The position numbers and the translations under genes were made by a program. This document shows positions 10,209 to 21,084 of a stretch of DNA of 64,000 bases, in pieces (position 1 is the first letter of the stretch; every line of letters starts with the position of its first letter). The stretch lies in contig CALKOM010000014.1 of NCBI GenBank assembly GCA_938091905.1, positions 15,072 to 79,071 of the forward strand, written 5' to 3'. The notes below the pieces were generated by a model. The model was not told the DNA's origin. It saw nothing but the letters and a program-made list of their open reading frames with translations, and did not search any database. This DNA comes from an uncultured Verrucomicrobiales bacterium (GTDB lineage: Bacteria; Verrucomicrobiota; Verrucomicrobiia; Verrucomicrobiales; DEV007).

Positions 10209-11090
10209 TTGAAAAGATTCGTTCTCCCCGCTATCATCGTCACGCTCGTCCCCCTGCTCTTTGTCGAACCTCACGTCGCCCGTTGGCTTGAGTCGAACCG
10301 GACGACAAAGCGCCATGGTGAGATCATTCACGAGATCACATCGACATACTCTCACATCAGGGTACGCGAACGAGGCAATGTACGTTGCCTGACATTCGTC
10401 GATCCAAATGGCCGCGAAGAACGCCAATCGGCAATCGACATAAAGAATCCTCATGCCATGCAGTTGGGCTACACCACCTCATTCTTTGCCTCGCTGCTAT
10501 TTCGAGAACCTCAAGAGCGCGTGCTCATCGTTGGTCTGGGAGGAGGCGGCATGGTTCGCTTTCTGAACCATGCTTTTCCCGAAACGATGGTCGAAGCAGT
10601 GGAGATTGACCGCGTGGTCGTCGGCGTCGCCAAGAACTACTTTGGTACTATGGAAGGCCCCATGACAAAAATTCATGTGGCGGACGCCTTTGATTATCTC
10701 AAAGAACCTCACGGCCCCTTTGATGCTCTTTACATGGATGCCTTCCTCAAGCCATCAGTCGCTTCAGGTCTGGAGAATGTCACCCAGCGACTGAAAACCC
10801 TAGAGTTCCTTCAGAGCCTGCGCAGGCAACTAAATCCTGGAGGCATCGTTGCATTTAATCTACACCAATACGCCTCCGCTACCCAGGACGATCTCGACGC
10901 CCTTAAGACGGCGTTCCCGCAGGTCTATCTCTTTGGCGTACCACGGACAGGTAATCTGATAGCCATCTGTACTATTGACCGCCAACGACTTACTACAGAG
11001 ACTTTGGCAGAGCGAGCAACCAATCTAGAAACAAAGCTAGATGTCGACCTACCCTGGCAAAGCTTCGTCAATGAGCTACACCACCTTTAA
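10209..11090 (+). CDS. Spermidine-synthase-like SAM-dependent methyltransferase with an N-terminal membrane anchor
   Basis: RVLIVGLGGG, AVEID, HVADAF and LYMDAF motifs. Probable TTG start at 10209. Confidence 0.8.
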   Translation: MKRFVLPAIIVTLVPLLFVEPHVARWLESNRTTKRHGEIIHEITSTYSHIRVRERGNVRCLTFVDPNGREERQSAIDIKNPHAMQLGYTTSFFASLLFREPQERVLIVGLGGGGMVRFLNHAFPETMVEAVEIDRVVVGVAKNYFGTMEGPMTKIHVADAFDYLKEPHGPFDALYMDAFLKPSVASGLENVTQRLKTLEFLQSLRRQLNPGGIVAFNLHQYASATQDDLDALKTAFPQVYLFGVPRTGNLIAICTIDRQRLTTETLAERATNLETKLDVDLPWQSFVNELHHL

Positions 11091-11263
11091 CGAAAGATTT
11101 CCGTTGATCCCGTCAATGCCCCCTTCTAGCATTCCACAGTGGCCTAGGGAGGTGATTGTAAAATTACTTGGGAGGGGGGGAATACTCCACTTAATGTGCG
11201 GTCGCCCCTCAGCTCACACTTTCCTGTCCCGGCATTGGGGCTACGAGGGTGTAAACCTACCTC

Positions 11264-12259
11264 ATGAATCGCCGAATTCTTCTAGCTTGCCCTTACCCCC
11301 TAGATTCTCCCCGCGGAAACAGTGTCTCCGCCAATCGCATCATTGGGATCCTCGAAGGGCTTGGCCACACTGTCATTCCGATATCTGGCCGAACTTCCTC
11401 TGAAGGCTCAGGAGATATTCTTATCGCGCTGCACGCAAGAAAGAGCGCTACGGCCATCGAAAGCTTTCACGCGAGGCATCCGCAACGCCCTGTCATCATC
11501 TTGCTCACAGGCTCCGATCTCTATGCCGATCTAGAAGGTCCTCCAGAGAACCGCACAACCGTGCAGCAAACCCTTGCGCTCGCAACCCGACTGGTCGTTG
11601 CGCAAGGCGCCTCGATCACAGACATCCCAGAAACCTTTCGTGACAAAGCCCAGGTAGTTCCCAAGTCACCGCTAACTAATGTTCCCACTCGCATGAAGAA
11701 CCGGTCACCAGGGCTCCTGAACGTCGTCCTTTCCAGTCACCTGCGCCCAGCCAAAGCACCGCTTCTTGTGCTTGAATCGCTAGCTCTTTTACCGGAGAGC
11801 ATCGCCGTTCAGGTTGACCACTATGGACATGCAGAGGATCCGGATCTAGGCCGCTATGCCCTCAATGCTTCTAAAGTCCCCAGAACTAAGTACTACTGGC
11901 ATGGCAACAAGCCCCACAAAGAGATGTTAGCCACCTTTGCTCAAGCAGATCTCCTGTTAAACACATCTCGAGTCGAGGGCGGCGCCAATACCCTATGCGA
12001 GGCCATTCAAATGGGCCTACCCTGCCTTGCAACATCCATCCCACCCAACGCTGGCATGCTAGGTGAAGACTACCCTGGGCTCTTTCCAATGGATGATGCT
12101 CAGGCTCTAGCAATGTTGATAGAACGAAGCACTTCAGATGCCGATTTCCTCAACCAACTCACCTTAAAGGTTGAAATGAGGGCCCCTTTCTTTACAAGGC
12201 AGGCTGAAGCGGAAGCTTGGCAGAAAGTGATCGAGGAAGCATCGTCCCTGTCTACGTAG
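11264..12259 (+). CDS. senB: Selenosugar synthase SenB (TIGR04348-family GT4 glycosyltransferase)
   Basis: Family motifs GNSVSANR, LIALHARKSA, LTGSDLY, HLRPAK, TSRVEGGAN and GMLGEDYPGLF. Confidence 0.85.
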   Translation: MNRRILLACPYPLDSPRGNSVSANRIIGILEGLGHTVIPISGRTSSEGSGDILIALHARKSATAIESFHARHPQRPVIILLTGSDLYADLEGPPENRTTVQQTLALATRLVVAQGASITDIPETFRDKAQVVPKSPLTNVPTRMKNRSPGLLNVVLSSHLRPAKAPLLVLESLALLPESIAVQVDHYGHAEDPDLGRYALNASKVPRTKYYWHGNKPHKEMLATFAQADLLLNTSRVEGGANTLCEAIQMGLPCLATSIPPNAGMLGEDYPGLFPMDDAQALAMLIERSTSDADFLNQLTLKVEMRAPFFTRQAEAEAWQKVIEEASSLST

Positions 12260-12382
12260 CATCGCTATTCTTGGCCGTCCTCAAAGGCGGCACACTTCTG
12301 CTAGAAATACATCATCGCCTGCTACACAGCCAATGCCTTGGACCAAAATTACTAACACTATATTTCGTAATAGTGCGTGTTT

Positions 12383-13168
12383 CTATCGCCTCACCCGGAC
12401 CTCATCCGCGCTCGCCAGTACGCACCTCTTTCCTCCGCCAACGTCCAAGACGAGCTCACCTTCCGACCCAAGGTCAATCGCAGTGCCCTCAATAATCTTC
12501 ACGCCAAGGCGGGCTCGTACCGGTTTGCCTAACAAGTAATGAGCCTTCTTCAACTCCGCCAATTGCTTTGCAAACGCCTCAGCTGGCGAACTCAGGATAT
12601 CCGAGAGGCGATCAAGAATCCCGGCAGCAAAACCTACGCGGTCAATCCAGGTTCCCGTCACCTCCCGCAGCGACGTGGCAAGGTCTCGAATCTCCTCGGG
12701 CAATTCATCCTGTTGGACATTCACATTTACCCCAACACCAATCACGGCAGAAGCTTCTCCACCACCTTGCATCTTCGTTTCAGCAAGTATTCCTGACACC
12801 TTACGATCCCCCAGATACAGGTCATTGGGCCACTTCACGAGGGGAGACGCTGGCGGATAGCCCTCAAGCGCTCGCTTCAAAGCCAACGCCGTCAGGTGCG
12901 TCAGCCTTCCCCAGTCACGTAGCGGCCAAGCTGGCCGAACCCGGCAAGAGAAGAGGAGATTGCTCTCGGGCGGCCCTCCAAACCAAACGTTTCCGCGTCG
13001 CCCACGACCCGCCGTTTGCCGTTCAGCAAACAGCACCGTGCCAACAGTTTCTGAACCAACTGGCAAGTCGAGCACCGCATCGTTCGTCGAGGCCACCTCA
13101 TCCGTCACGTGAATACTCCAGGCATCTTCACGCTCCAGAGCAGCACCAACACTTTCCGCATCAAGCAC
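12383..13168 (-). CDS. birA: Biotin--[acetyl-CoA-carboxylase] ligase
   Basis: [21 protein letters not shown] and KVSGIL motifs. Probable GTG start overlaps the trpG stop. Confidence 0.93.
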   Translation of the reverse strand: MLDAESVGAALEREDAWSIHVTDEVASTNDAVLDLPVGSETVGTVLFAERQTAGRGRRGNVWFGGPPESNLLFSCRVRPAWPLRDWGRLTHLTALALKRALEGYPPASPLVKWPNDLYLGDRKVSGILAETKMQGGGEASAVIGVGVNVNVQQDELPEEIRDLATSLREVTGTWIDRVGFAAGILDRLSDILSSPAEAFAKQLAELKKAHYLLGKPVRARLGVKIIEGTAIDLGSEGELVLDVGGGKRCVLASADEVRVRR

Positions 13169-13742
13169 TGCCTGGACTTGGTAAGTCGAGGAAGTTCTGC
13201 AAAAGCTGCTTCCCATTCTCAGTCAGAATAGACTCTGGATGAAACTGCAAACCATGAATCGGATACTCACGATGCTGCAAACCCATGATCTCATTCTCAG
13301 CCGTTTCCGCCGTGATCTTGAGCACCTCCGGAAAGGTCTCTCGTTTCACAATAAGAGAGTGATAACGGGTCGCCTCAAATGAGTCAGGCAGACCCTCAAA
13401 GATACTCTGCCCTTTATGGAGAATGGGGGACGTCTTGCCATGCATGAGACGCTCGGCGCGAATGACATCCCCGCCAAAGACCTGACCGATGCATTGATGT
13501 CCAAGACAGACACCGAGAATCGGAATCGTCTTTCCAAAGGCACGCACCACTTCACAACTAATACCGGCTTCTGCTGGTGTGCAGGGACCAGGGGAAATAC
13601 AGATCTTGTCTGGTGCAAGCTCACGGATTTCATCGATGGTGATCTCGTCATTCCGATAGACTTTGAGATCGGCACCGAGCTCACCAAAGTACTGCACCAA
13701 GTTGTAGGTGAACGAATCGTAATTATCGATTACTAACAACAT
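13161..13742 (-). CDS. trpG: Anthranilate synthase component II (glutamine amidotransferase)
   Basis: [17 protein letters not shown] and QFHPES motifs; adjacent to trpE. Confidence 0.95.
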   Translation of the reverse strand: MLLVIDNYDSFTYNLVQYFGELGADLKVYRNDEITIDEIRELAPDKICISPGPCTPAEAGISCEVVRAFGKTIPILGVCLGHQCIGQVFGGDVIRAERLMHGKTSPILHKGQSIFEGLPDSFEATRYHSLIVKRETFPEVLKITAETAENEIMGLQHREYPIHGLQFHPESILTENGKQLLQNFLDLPSPGSA

Positions 13743-13748
13743 CTTTGA

Positions 13749-15305
13749 TTAGACTCCTTTAGAAAGGTTCTTGGCATACTCGATCGCACGGATCATGCCC
13801 ATGGCTTTGTTCACGGTCTCTTCGTACTCATTCTCAGGCACCGAATCTGCCACCACACCTGCACCCGCTTGGACGTAGGCTTTGCCATTCTTGAGAACAC
13901 ACGTGCGAAGGGCAATGCACGAGTCGAGGTTCCCATCGAAACCGAAATAACCCACGGCCCCGGAGTATGCACAACGTTTGTTCTTCTCTAGCTCATTGAT
14001 GATCTGCATGGCACGCACCTTCGGCGAACCAGAAACAGTACCCGCAGGGAAAGTCGCCGCCATGACATCATAGACGGTCTTGTCTTCGTGAAGTTGACCA
14101 ACCACGTTTGAGACGATGTGCATGACGTGGCTGTAACGCTCAATGACCATGAGATCCGTCACGTTCACCGTGTCATAGTTCGCCACACGCCCCACATCAT
14201 TTCGCGCAAGGTCCACGAGCATCACGTGTTCCGCACACTCTTTGGGATCCCCTAACAAATCCTGCTCCAAAGCGCAGTCCTCTTCTTCAGACTTGCCACG
14301 CCAACGCGTGCCAGCAAGAGGACGAATTTCAATCTTGCGGTCGATGGATCTCACATGCACTTCAGGAGAACTTCCAACCAAGGAGAAGCCATCTGGAAAC
14401 TGAAGGCAGAACATGTAGGGCGAGGGATTCACATGTCGCAGTGCCCGGTAAAGATCGATCGGAGGTTCTGTGAAATCGACGGAGAATCTCTGTGACGGCA
14501 CCACCTGAAAGATATCACCCGCACGAATGTATTCCTTCGCCTTCTCCACCATTGCACAATACTCCTCCTTAGTCGTGTTGCTAGACGGTTCCACTCGGTC
14601 CGGCTTGGCATAAGTGATGACCGGCTTTGCATGGATAGGCTGTGACAACTTATCAATTAACTTATCGATCCGTTGCCGAGCAGCAGCATAGGCTTCTTCA
14701 GCGTTGGCAAATTCGTCAGTGACTACGTTGGCCACGACTTGGATCCGCCGATACTTGTGATCAAAGATGAGCACATCATTCGCCACCATAAAGAGCATGT
14801 CAGGGACACCGAGAATATCCTCAGGTGGGTCGGGCACCGTCGGCTCAAAGTAACGGACCGCATCATAACTCAAGTAGCCAACTGCCCCACCGTAGAACAC
14901 CGGCAAGCCGTTAGAATCGGCCGGGCGATAAGCGGCCATCAACACCTCCAGCTCACGCAAGGGATCCCCTTCCGCTTGGTGCGTTTCCACGGTGCCAGTC
15001 TGCACGTTCGTCAGCGTCACCTCGAGTCCGCGACACTCGAAGATCTGACGCGGCTCGCTCCCAAGAAAGGAATAGCGTCCCGCGTCTTCACGAGTTTCCG
15101 CAGATTCAAAGAGGAACGCGTAGTCCCCATCGTTGATCTTTCGAAACGCCGAAAGAGGCGTTTCATAATCGGCTGCCAATTCAGTGTACGTGGGCACAAG
15201 ATTCCCGGCAGCGAATTGCGCAGCAAAGGTCTCGAAATCAGGCTTGAGAGGCGTCTCGGGCACAGTGAATTCAGTTTGGAGAGCGAAACTCGTTTCGCAA
15301 GCCAT
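13749..15305 (-). CDS. trpE: Anthranilate synthase component I
   Basis: LFESAE, GDIFQVVPS, NPSPYM, AEHVMLVDLARND and TFPAGTVSGSPK motifs. Start uncertain. Confidence 0.95.
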   Translation of the reverse strand: MACETSFALQTEFTVPETPLKPDFETFAAQFAAGNLVPTYTELAADYETPLSAFRKINDGDYAFLFESAETREDAGRYSFLGSEPRQIFECRGLEVTLTNVQTGTVETHQAEGDPLRELEVLMAAYRPADSNGLPVFYGGAVGYLSYDAVRYFEPTVPDPPEDILGVPDMLFMVANDVLIFDHKYRRIQVVANVVTDEFANAEEAYAAARQRIDKLIDKLSQPIHAKPVITYAKPDRVEPSSNTTKEEYCAMVEKAKEYIRAGDIFQVVPSQRFSVDFTEPPIDLYRALRHVNPSPYMFCLQFPDGFSLVGSSPEVHVRSIDRKIEIRPLAGTRWRGKSEEEDCALEQDLLGDPKECAEHVMLVDLARNDVGRVANYDTVNVTDLMVIERYSHVMHIVSNVVGQLHEDKTVYDVMAATFPAGTVSGSPKVRAMQIINELEKNKRCAYSGAVGYFGFDGNLDSCIALRTCVLKNGKAYVQAGAGVVADSVPENEYEETVNKAMGMIRAIEYAKNLSKGV

Positions 15306-15345
15306 CACTTGGCAATCTTCCGAGCCGACACTACCCTTTGCTGCC

Positions 15346-16206
15346 ATGTCGGACGAGGCTGATTCCGCTCCTACCCACCCACCGGCTAACACAGCGTTAG
15401 CCGCTCGCTACGGATCTGCTCGAGAAGCTTTTGATCATGCGCTGGTCATCCTCGCCATGAATTTGCCTTACTGGCATGTCCACCAATCTGGCAGCCACGA
15501 ACTCTACGTTGAGGAAGAGCGACTCGGACAAGTCGCAGATGAATTGCGTGCCTATCGCCAAGAACAGGCCTCCTGGCGGCCCGTAGATCCAGACGCTGGA
15601 GTGGCCGACTATCCAGCTAGCTTCTACGTTCCCTATGTCGCGACCCTAATCCTGACGTTATCCTTCATTCTGCAGAACGCCTACGCGCCATACTATGCCA
15701 CTATTGGAAGGATGGACACCCTGGGGTTCCTCTCTCGAAACGAGTGGTGGCGCCCGCTCACCGCGCTGTTCCTTCATGCAGATGTTCCTCATGTTCTTGG
15801 AAACATCGTCTTCGGCCTGTGGTACGGCACGTTGGTCAATCGCACCTATGGCACTCTGCTCGGCTGGAGCCTCATGTTGGCCAGTGGAATCTTGGGAAAC
15901 ACGCTCGTCGCTCTGCATCGGTTTCCGGCATCCCATTTCTCGATTGGAGCTTCCACAGCTGTCTTTGGAGCTTTGGGTCTTCTCGTCGCAGAGGGGTTCG
16001 CTCATCGCTGGCGACAGCGTTTCAGTATGCAGGTAGGCCAGCTCCTCATTCCGATGGTTGCTGGGGGGCTCCTCCTGGGCTGGACCGGCGGGTTTCACGA
16101 TCCCCAGATCGACGGCCTGGCTCATGTGGGAGGATTTCTCTCAGGTTTCATGTTAGGTCTGGCCGCTTCTTTCCTTCCGAGGAAAGAAGCAGGAGTTAGC
16201 AAGTGA
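15346..16206 (+). CDS. Rhomboid family intramembrane serine protease
   Basis: WWRPLTALFLH, HVLGN, GAS and AHVGGF motifs. Confidence 0.9.
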   Translation: MSDEADSAPTHPPANTALAARYGSAREAFDHALVILAMNLPYWHVHQSGSHELYVEEERLGQVADELRAYRQEQASWRPVDPDAGVADYPASFYVPYVATLILTLSFILQNAYAPYYATIGRMDTLGFLSRNEWWRPLTALFLHADVPHVLGNIVFGLWYGTLVNRTYGTLLGWSLMLASGILGNTLVALHRFPASHFSIGASTAVFGALGLLVAEGFAHRWRQRFSMQVGQLLIPMVAGGLLLGWTGGFHDPQIDGLAHVGGFLSGFMLGLAASFLPRKEAGVSK

Positions 16207-16237
16207 CGCCGGGCTCGGAGAGTGGCAGGCTGTTGAC

Positions 16238-17098
16238 ATGTTAAAACAAATCATCACTCACCCTGGGAGTGCGCATAAAGACGATTTCCTCGCCTGTAGC
16301 GTGCTCGTGCACCTCCATGAGGTGCCAATTCTGCGGCGAGAACCAACGGAAGAGGATCTCAACGATCCGGGCATCTGTGTGGTGGATGTAGGTGGCCGGC
16401 ACGAGCCCGAGCTAAAGAACTTCGATCACCATCAGTTCCCTCAAGATGAACCGCCTGTCTGTGCGCTTTCGCTAGTGCTAAAAGACCTTGGGATTTACGA
16501 CGATGCAAAGAAGTTCTGTGATTGGCTAGAACCTGCCGAGTGGCTCGATTGCTTGGGCCCCGTGGACACCGCAAAGAAGCTTGGCGCCCCTCGGGCAGTC
16601 ATCAGCCAGTTGCTCTCGCCGATCGATGTGACTATGCTGAAGCGCTTCGCTTCCGAAACTCAACTCACGTTCCGGTGTCCGATCTGGCAGCTAATGCGCA
16701 TGGTTGGTGAAGATCTTGTCGCCTACCTGCGCAGCTTGCGCAATCGGCTCGATTTCATTCACGACCGTGCCGAGTGGTGGACGATTGACACCAAACAAGG
16801 AGCCTTCGAAGCCCTCTTCATGCCCCGGATCGAACCGATCAACGGTGAGCCTTCCTTTGGGTTGAATCGCTATATCGAGGAAGTAGGCAAGCAGGATGAG
16901 GTCATCGCGCTTGTTTATCCAGATCGCCGGGGCGGTGGCTATGGGCTAGGGCGTTTCAATGACAATCGACGCATGGACTTCACCCGAGTGGGCGAGGAAG
17001 AAGACGTCCACTTTGCCCACGGGCGTGGCTTCGTCGCAAAGACGTCAGCCACCGATCCAGATCGGCTGAAAGAGTTGCTGGCCCAGGCCTATCATTAA
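16238..17098 (+). CDS. MYG1-family metal-dependent hydrolase/exonuclease
   Basis: ITHPGSAHKDD, DVGG, FDHHQ and FAHGRGF motifs. Confidence 0.88.
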   Translation: MLKQIITHPGSAHKDDFLACSVLVHLHEVPILRREPTEEDLNDPGICVVDVGGRHEPELKNFDHHQFPQDEPPVCALSLVLKDLGIYDDAKKFCDWLEPAEWLDCLGPVDTAKKLGAPRAVISQLLSPIDVTMLKRFASETQLTFRCPIWQLMRMVGEDLVAYLRSLRNRLDFIHDRAEWWTIDTKQGAFEALFMPRIEPINGEPSFGLNRYIEEVGKQDEVIALVYPDRRGGGYGLGRFNDNRRMDFTRVGEEEDVHFAHGRGFVAKTSATDPDRLKELLAQAYH

Positions 17099-17111
17099 CA
17101 GGGAGAACAAA

Positions 17112-18134
17112 CTACCGCACGTGGAACGTGGAATTGCGGGTCTTCGTGCCGACAAACTCGTAACGGTTCCAGGCACTCATGTCATTGAGTGAAACCCAAC
17201 GGCGCTCTTCCTGCCGATAGTGCCAGTCCTTATCGTTTTGATAGGTGAATTGCATTCCACGACCTTCGATAATGGTTTGCACTTCATTATCGTGATAATT
17301 CTTCTCATCATAGTCGGTGAGCGCACGTTGTCCCATCTCGGAATAGAAAGCATTGATTTCAAAGAGGAGATCATCGAGATCTTCGTCCATCTCCTGGACC
17401 TTGAGCCCAATGCGCTTGGCTTCGCGTAAGGTAATAGGATAACTGTGAGAGGGATAATCGGCATTCAGCACACGACTAATGCGCGACCGTTCCTTGGCGC
17501 TCGATACATGATAGGAAAGAATTTCCTCACAAAGCTTTAGAGAAAGCGAGCTCGCTCGATCAATCGCTCCAAAAACGAGGGGGTGCACATGCTCGTAGAG
17601 TTTCGCATACGGATTCGACTGAGCTTTTGGGTCAGGAAGCTCGGCATCGGCATCGTGCCAGAGATTGGTCACGCGGTTCAGCTCATCTTGGCTCACACTG
17701 ATGAGATAATTGTTCCGGTCGACCGGAGACAGATCGTGGGTAAGTGACGTATCCACCGCTGTGAGATAAGCGAGTGGCCCCATGTGAATCTCGTCGGCGC
17801 CAAGGGAAATCATCGTTGCTGCAGAGGCACACTCCAATGGGATCAAGGCAATCACGCGCTTGCCGTGCTGCCGAAGAAGATTAACCAGGCGAAGAGCTGC
17901 TTGCCCGTTCCCTCCCGTGGACTTCATGAAGAGGTAGATCTTGTCGTGCTTGCCTATGTGTTTCAGCACTTCGGCAAGAGGTGGCACGTCGGTGTGACAG
18001 ATGGAGCCACTGCCAGCCGACCAATAAGTGAGAAACGCTCCGTCGATCGTCGACTCAATCTTCTTAATCATCTGTTGCGTCTTTCGAAACAGATTCGGCG
18101 GCTCAACGATTTTGATAGCTTTCTTCTTCTCCAT
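17112..18134 (-). CDS. SDH-family ClpP-fold serine proteinase (DUF114-like)
   Basis: STGG, CASAATMISLGADEIHMGP, VD and YPSHSYPI motifs. Confidence 0.8.
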   Translation of the reverse strand: MEKKKAIKIVEPPNLFRKTQQMIKKIESTIDGAFLTYWSAGSGSICHTDVPPLAEVLKHIGKHDKIYLFMKSTGGNGQAALRLVNLLRQHGKRVIALIPLECASAATMISLGADEIHMGPLAYLTAVDTSLTHDLSPVDRNNYLISVSQDELNRVTNLWHDADAELPDPKAQSNPYAKLYEHVHPLVFGAIDRASSLSLKLCEEILSYHVSSAKERSRISRVLNADYPSHSYPITLREAKRIGLKVQEMDEDLDDLLFEINAFYSEMGQRALTDYDEKNYHDNEVQTIIEGRGMQFTYQNDKDWHYRQEERRWVSLNDMSAWNRYEFVGTKTRNSTFHVR

Positions 18135-18147
18135 AGTGGGGCGGTAG

Positions 18148-19344
18148 TTAGGTGAAAAGCCGATTCACAGCCTCTACTGACTGCGGTGAGCAGACACGTT
18201 CAATGCACTCTCTCCACGTCTCTTGTCCAGACAGAATCTCAATCTCTACTCGTAAGTAGTAGATTGGCACGTCCCTCGAATCGATCTCCGGTAGGCGCAC
18301 GGCATCCTTCTCCGTCGTCACAATCATCGCCAAGTCGCGGTCCACACAGTGATTGATGAATGTGAGAACCTCTTGCTCGGTGTATCGATGATGATCCGTG
18401 TAGCGCCGCCGAGCCTCGACATTGGCTCCCAAGCGCGTGAGTGAATTCTCAAATGTTTCCGGGGTGGCAATCCCGCTAATAGTGCCGACGTAGATATCCT
18501 TGAGCGCCTCCAAGGGTAGTCGCTCGTCGGAGTGCACGTTATGAAGATAACAAGGCGCATGCCGACAAGCGATGATTTCCGCCGTGCGATTGTATTTTCT
18601 TATCTGTTCGATCAAGGCGTCGTTCGATTCCCCCAGGCGGCATTTCGTGAGGAAGATGTAGTGTGCTCGCTTGAGACTCGTCGCTGGCTCACGAAGAGTG
18701 CCACGAGGCAATAGTCGCCCCGTCCCAAACGGTGCCATGCTGTCGACCAGAATAATGTCGAGCCGATGGCGGAGCCTCATATACTGCAACCCATCGTCGA
18801 GAAGGATGGTATCGATGCCATGCTCTCGAATCGCATAACCGCCAGACTTTACCCTATCCTTGTCCACGAGCACCACCACCCCATCGAGATTGGAAGCCAA
18901 CATGTAAGGTTCATCACCCGAAAGCTCTGAATCTAACAACACCTCATTTCCATCGGAAACAACACGCGGAGGATCTTGCACGGTCCTCCCAGTGACACGA
19001 TTTTTTAATCGCTCTTTGAACGGCGGCTTCTTACTCTTGTAACCTCGACTGAGAACAGCCACATGCCGTCCGGCATCACGTAAAGCTCGGGCAAACAATT
19101 CGACTACAGGAGTCTTACCCGTGCCACCTACCGTGATGTTCCCGATGCTAATAACAAGACAACCCAAATTATGTTCCCGCAACACACGTTCGCGATACAA
19201 GTAGAGCCGGAGACGAACAAGCCCTCCCCAGACGCCAGAGAGTAACCTGAGAAAGACGCGGAGCACCCCAGCGCCGAAGCCCTTCTTGCGGTCATAAATG
19301 ACCTCTGTCGCAAACTCTTCTAGGCTCTCAAGAGTCTCTTTCAT
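18148..19344 (-). CDS. lpxK: Tetraacyldisaccharide 4'-kinase
   Basis: [30 protein letters not shown] and TTEKDAV motifs. Confidence 0.95.
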   Translation of the reverse strand: MKETLESLEEFATEVIYDRKKGFGAGVLRVFLRLLSGVWGGLVRLRLYLYRERVLREHNLGCLVISIGNITVGGTGKTPVVELFARALRDAGRHVAVLSRGYKSKKPPFKERLKNRVTGRTVQDPPRVVSDGNEVLLDSELSGDEPYMLASNLDGVVVLVDKDRVKSGGYAIREHGIDTILLDDGLQYMRLRHRLDIILVDSMAPFGTGRLLPRGTLREPATSLKRAHYIFLTKCRLGESNDALIEQIRKYNRTAEIIACRHAPCYLHNVHSDERLPLEALKDIYVGTISGIATPETFENSLTRLGANVEARRRYTDHHRYTEQEVLTFINHCVDRDLAMIVTTEKDAVRLPEIDSRDVPIYYLRVEIEILSGQETWRECIERVCSPQSVEAVNRLFT

Positions 19345-20225
19345 CAGCTTACCGTAAGCGTCTGAGCGCCTTCGTTGTCTGCCCCTAAGACAAGCAGACG
19401 CGAGGAGCCAACCACTGCGTAGGCTTTCTGCATGGCTTCAGCGATACGGCGCAATGGCACGCCTTCTTCCGCCAAGCAGGCGATACTTGATCCCGAACCG
19501 CTTAGGAATCCACCGAGTGCTCCCGCAGATTCAGCTGCTGCGATCACTTCCGTCAGTCCGGGATTAGTCACCTGACGATAAGGCTGATGCAAATGATCCA
19601 GGAAGCTTCCACGTAAGGCTTCGTACTGTTGTGTAGCAAAGGCAGAGGTGATGACACAGGCATTCCCAAGACTAACCACGGCATCTTTATGCAGCAATTT
19701 CTCGGGCAACACTTGGCGCGCCACATCCGTAAGCAGTTCGCGTTCCGGTACGAGCACCAAGAACTTAAGACGAGAATCCACCGGATGATAGAGACAGATC
19801 CCAGTAGCGTTCGTGCAGGTGAAGCCTCCATAGACGCCAGCTGAAGCATTGTCAGGATGCCCTTCCAATTCACTTCCCAACTGAAAGAGCACATTCTTAG
19901 CTAGAGGCTCGCCCAAGAGGGCATTGAGCCCCTGGAGAATCCCTTGTCGCAACGTGACACTACTGCCTAATCCACGGGAAATCGGAACGTCTCCTTCGAT
20001 CGTCCAACTAAAGGAGAAGCTTTCAGCATCAGCTTGGGCAAAGAAGCGTTTCGCCGTCGCCGCTACCATCGGATGGTCTGGGCTGATACCACCGCCTTCG
20101 CGCCGAGTCACTCCAATCTGGTTGTAGACCTGAAGTGCGATCCCCATACAGTCGAATCCCGGACCGATGTTAGAGGTCGAACCGGGCACCTGAACGAGCG
20201 CGTGACTGAAACCTGAGTCTGGCAT
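19344..20225 (-). CDS. thrB: Homoserine kinase
   Basis: STSNIGPGFD, PISRGLGSS, EGHPDN and LSGSGS motifs. Confidence 0.93.
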   Translation of the reverse strand: MPDSGFSHALVQVPGSTSNIGPGFDCMGIALQVYNQIGVTRREGGGISPDHPMVAATAKRFFAQADAESFSFSWTIEGDVPISRGLGSSVTLRQGILQGLNALLGEPLAKNVLFQLGSELEGHPDNASAGVYGGFTCTNATGICLYHPVDSRLKFLVLVPERELLTDVARQVLPEKLLHKDAVVSLGNACVITSAFATQQYEALRGSFLDHLHQPYRQVTNPGLTEVIAAAESAGALGGFLSGSGSSIACLAEEGVPLRRIAEAMQKAYAVVGSSRLLVLGADNEGAQTLTVS

Positions 20226-20297
20226 GAGTGGTATTCGGGAAAAAGGTTGAGGGATAGACGAGCCGACTGCAATACTCTGCCCAGCAGAAATTACAAT

Positions 20298-21083
20298 ATG
20301 GAACGTCCCGATAAGCGCGCTTGCGATCAACTCCGCCCCATCTCCTTCATCCCTAACGTGGCCCCACACGCCACAGGCTCCTGTTTAGTCAGTTTTGGAA
20401 ATACCAGCGTCATCTGTGCCGCCACCATCGAAGATGGTGTCCCTGGCTGGATGAAATATCAGAAAGTCGAGGGCGGCTGGCTCACCGCCGAGTACAGCAT
20501 GCTCCCCTACTCAACTCTTTCAAGGAAGCCTCGTGATATCAATCGGGGCAAACTCGATGGACGTAGTTCCGAAATTCAGCGTCTGATCGGTCGCTCGCTT
20601 CGAGCGATCGTCGACCTCAAAGCTCTGGGCCCCCGCACGCTCTGGATCGATTGCGACGTCCTCCGAGCCGATGGAGGCACCCGCACCGCCTCGATCACTG
20701 GCGCCTGTGTTGCCGTTGGCATTGCTATAAATGCGCTCATCGCCAAGGCCAAGTTCACAAGCTCACCCATGAAAAAGAAGGTCGCGGCGGTAAGTGCCGG
20801 CATCTACAAAGACACAGCCTGCCTTGACCTCAACTACATCGAAGATCGCGATGCCTCGGTCGACTCGAACGTAGTCATGACAGAAGATCTTGATTTCGTC
20901 GAAGTACAGAGCGCGGGCGAAGAGGCTGTTTACTCTCACGACCAGCTGCAGAGCCTTCTTGAGCTGTGTAAGAAAGGGGTGCAGGAGATATCAATTCTTC
21001 AAGATGAAGCTATCCTAGCAGCCGAAACTCAGGCCAATGAAGATCAGTTAGCCAATCTCGCAAACCACTTCGGCAGTCGTTGA
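20298..21083 (+). CDS. rph: Ribonuclease PH
   Basis: GWLTAEYSMLP, EIQRLIGRSLR and ADGGTRTASITG motifs. Confidence 0.96.
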   Translation: MERPDKRACDQLRPISFIPNVAPHATGSCLVSFGNTSVICAATIEDGVPGWMKYQKVEGGWLTAEYSMLPYSTLSRKPRDINRGKLDGRSSEIQRLIGRSLRAIVDLKALGPRTLWIDCDVLRADGGTRTASITGACVAVGIAINALIAKAKFTSSPMKKKVAAVSAGIYKDTACLDLNYIEDRDASVDSNVVMTEDLDFVEVQSAGEEAVYSHDQLQSLLELCKKGVQEISILQDEAILAAETQANEDQLANLANHFGSR

Positions 21084-21084
21084 A

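Noticed and set aside
11203..11251. Possible structured RNA leader upstream of senB
   Set aside because: Only an imperfect GC/GU-rich stem, with no recognisable riboswitch motif. It cannot be supported without covariation data.
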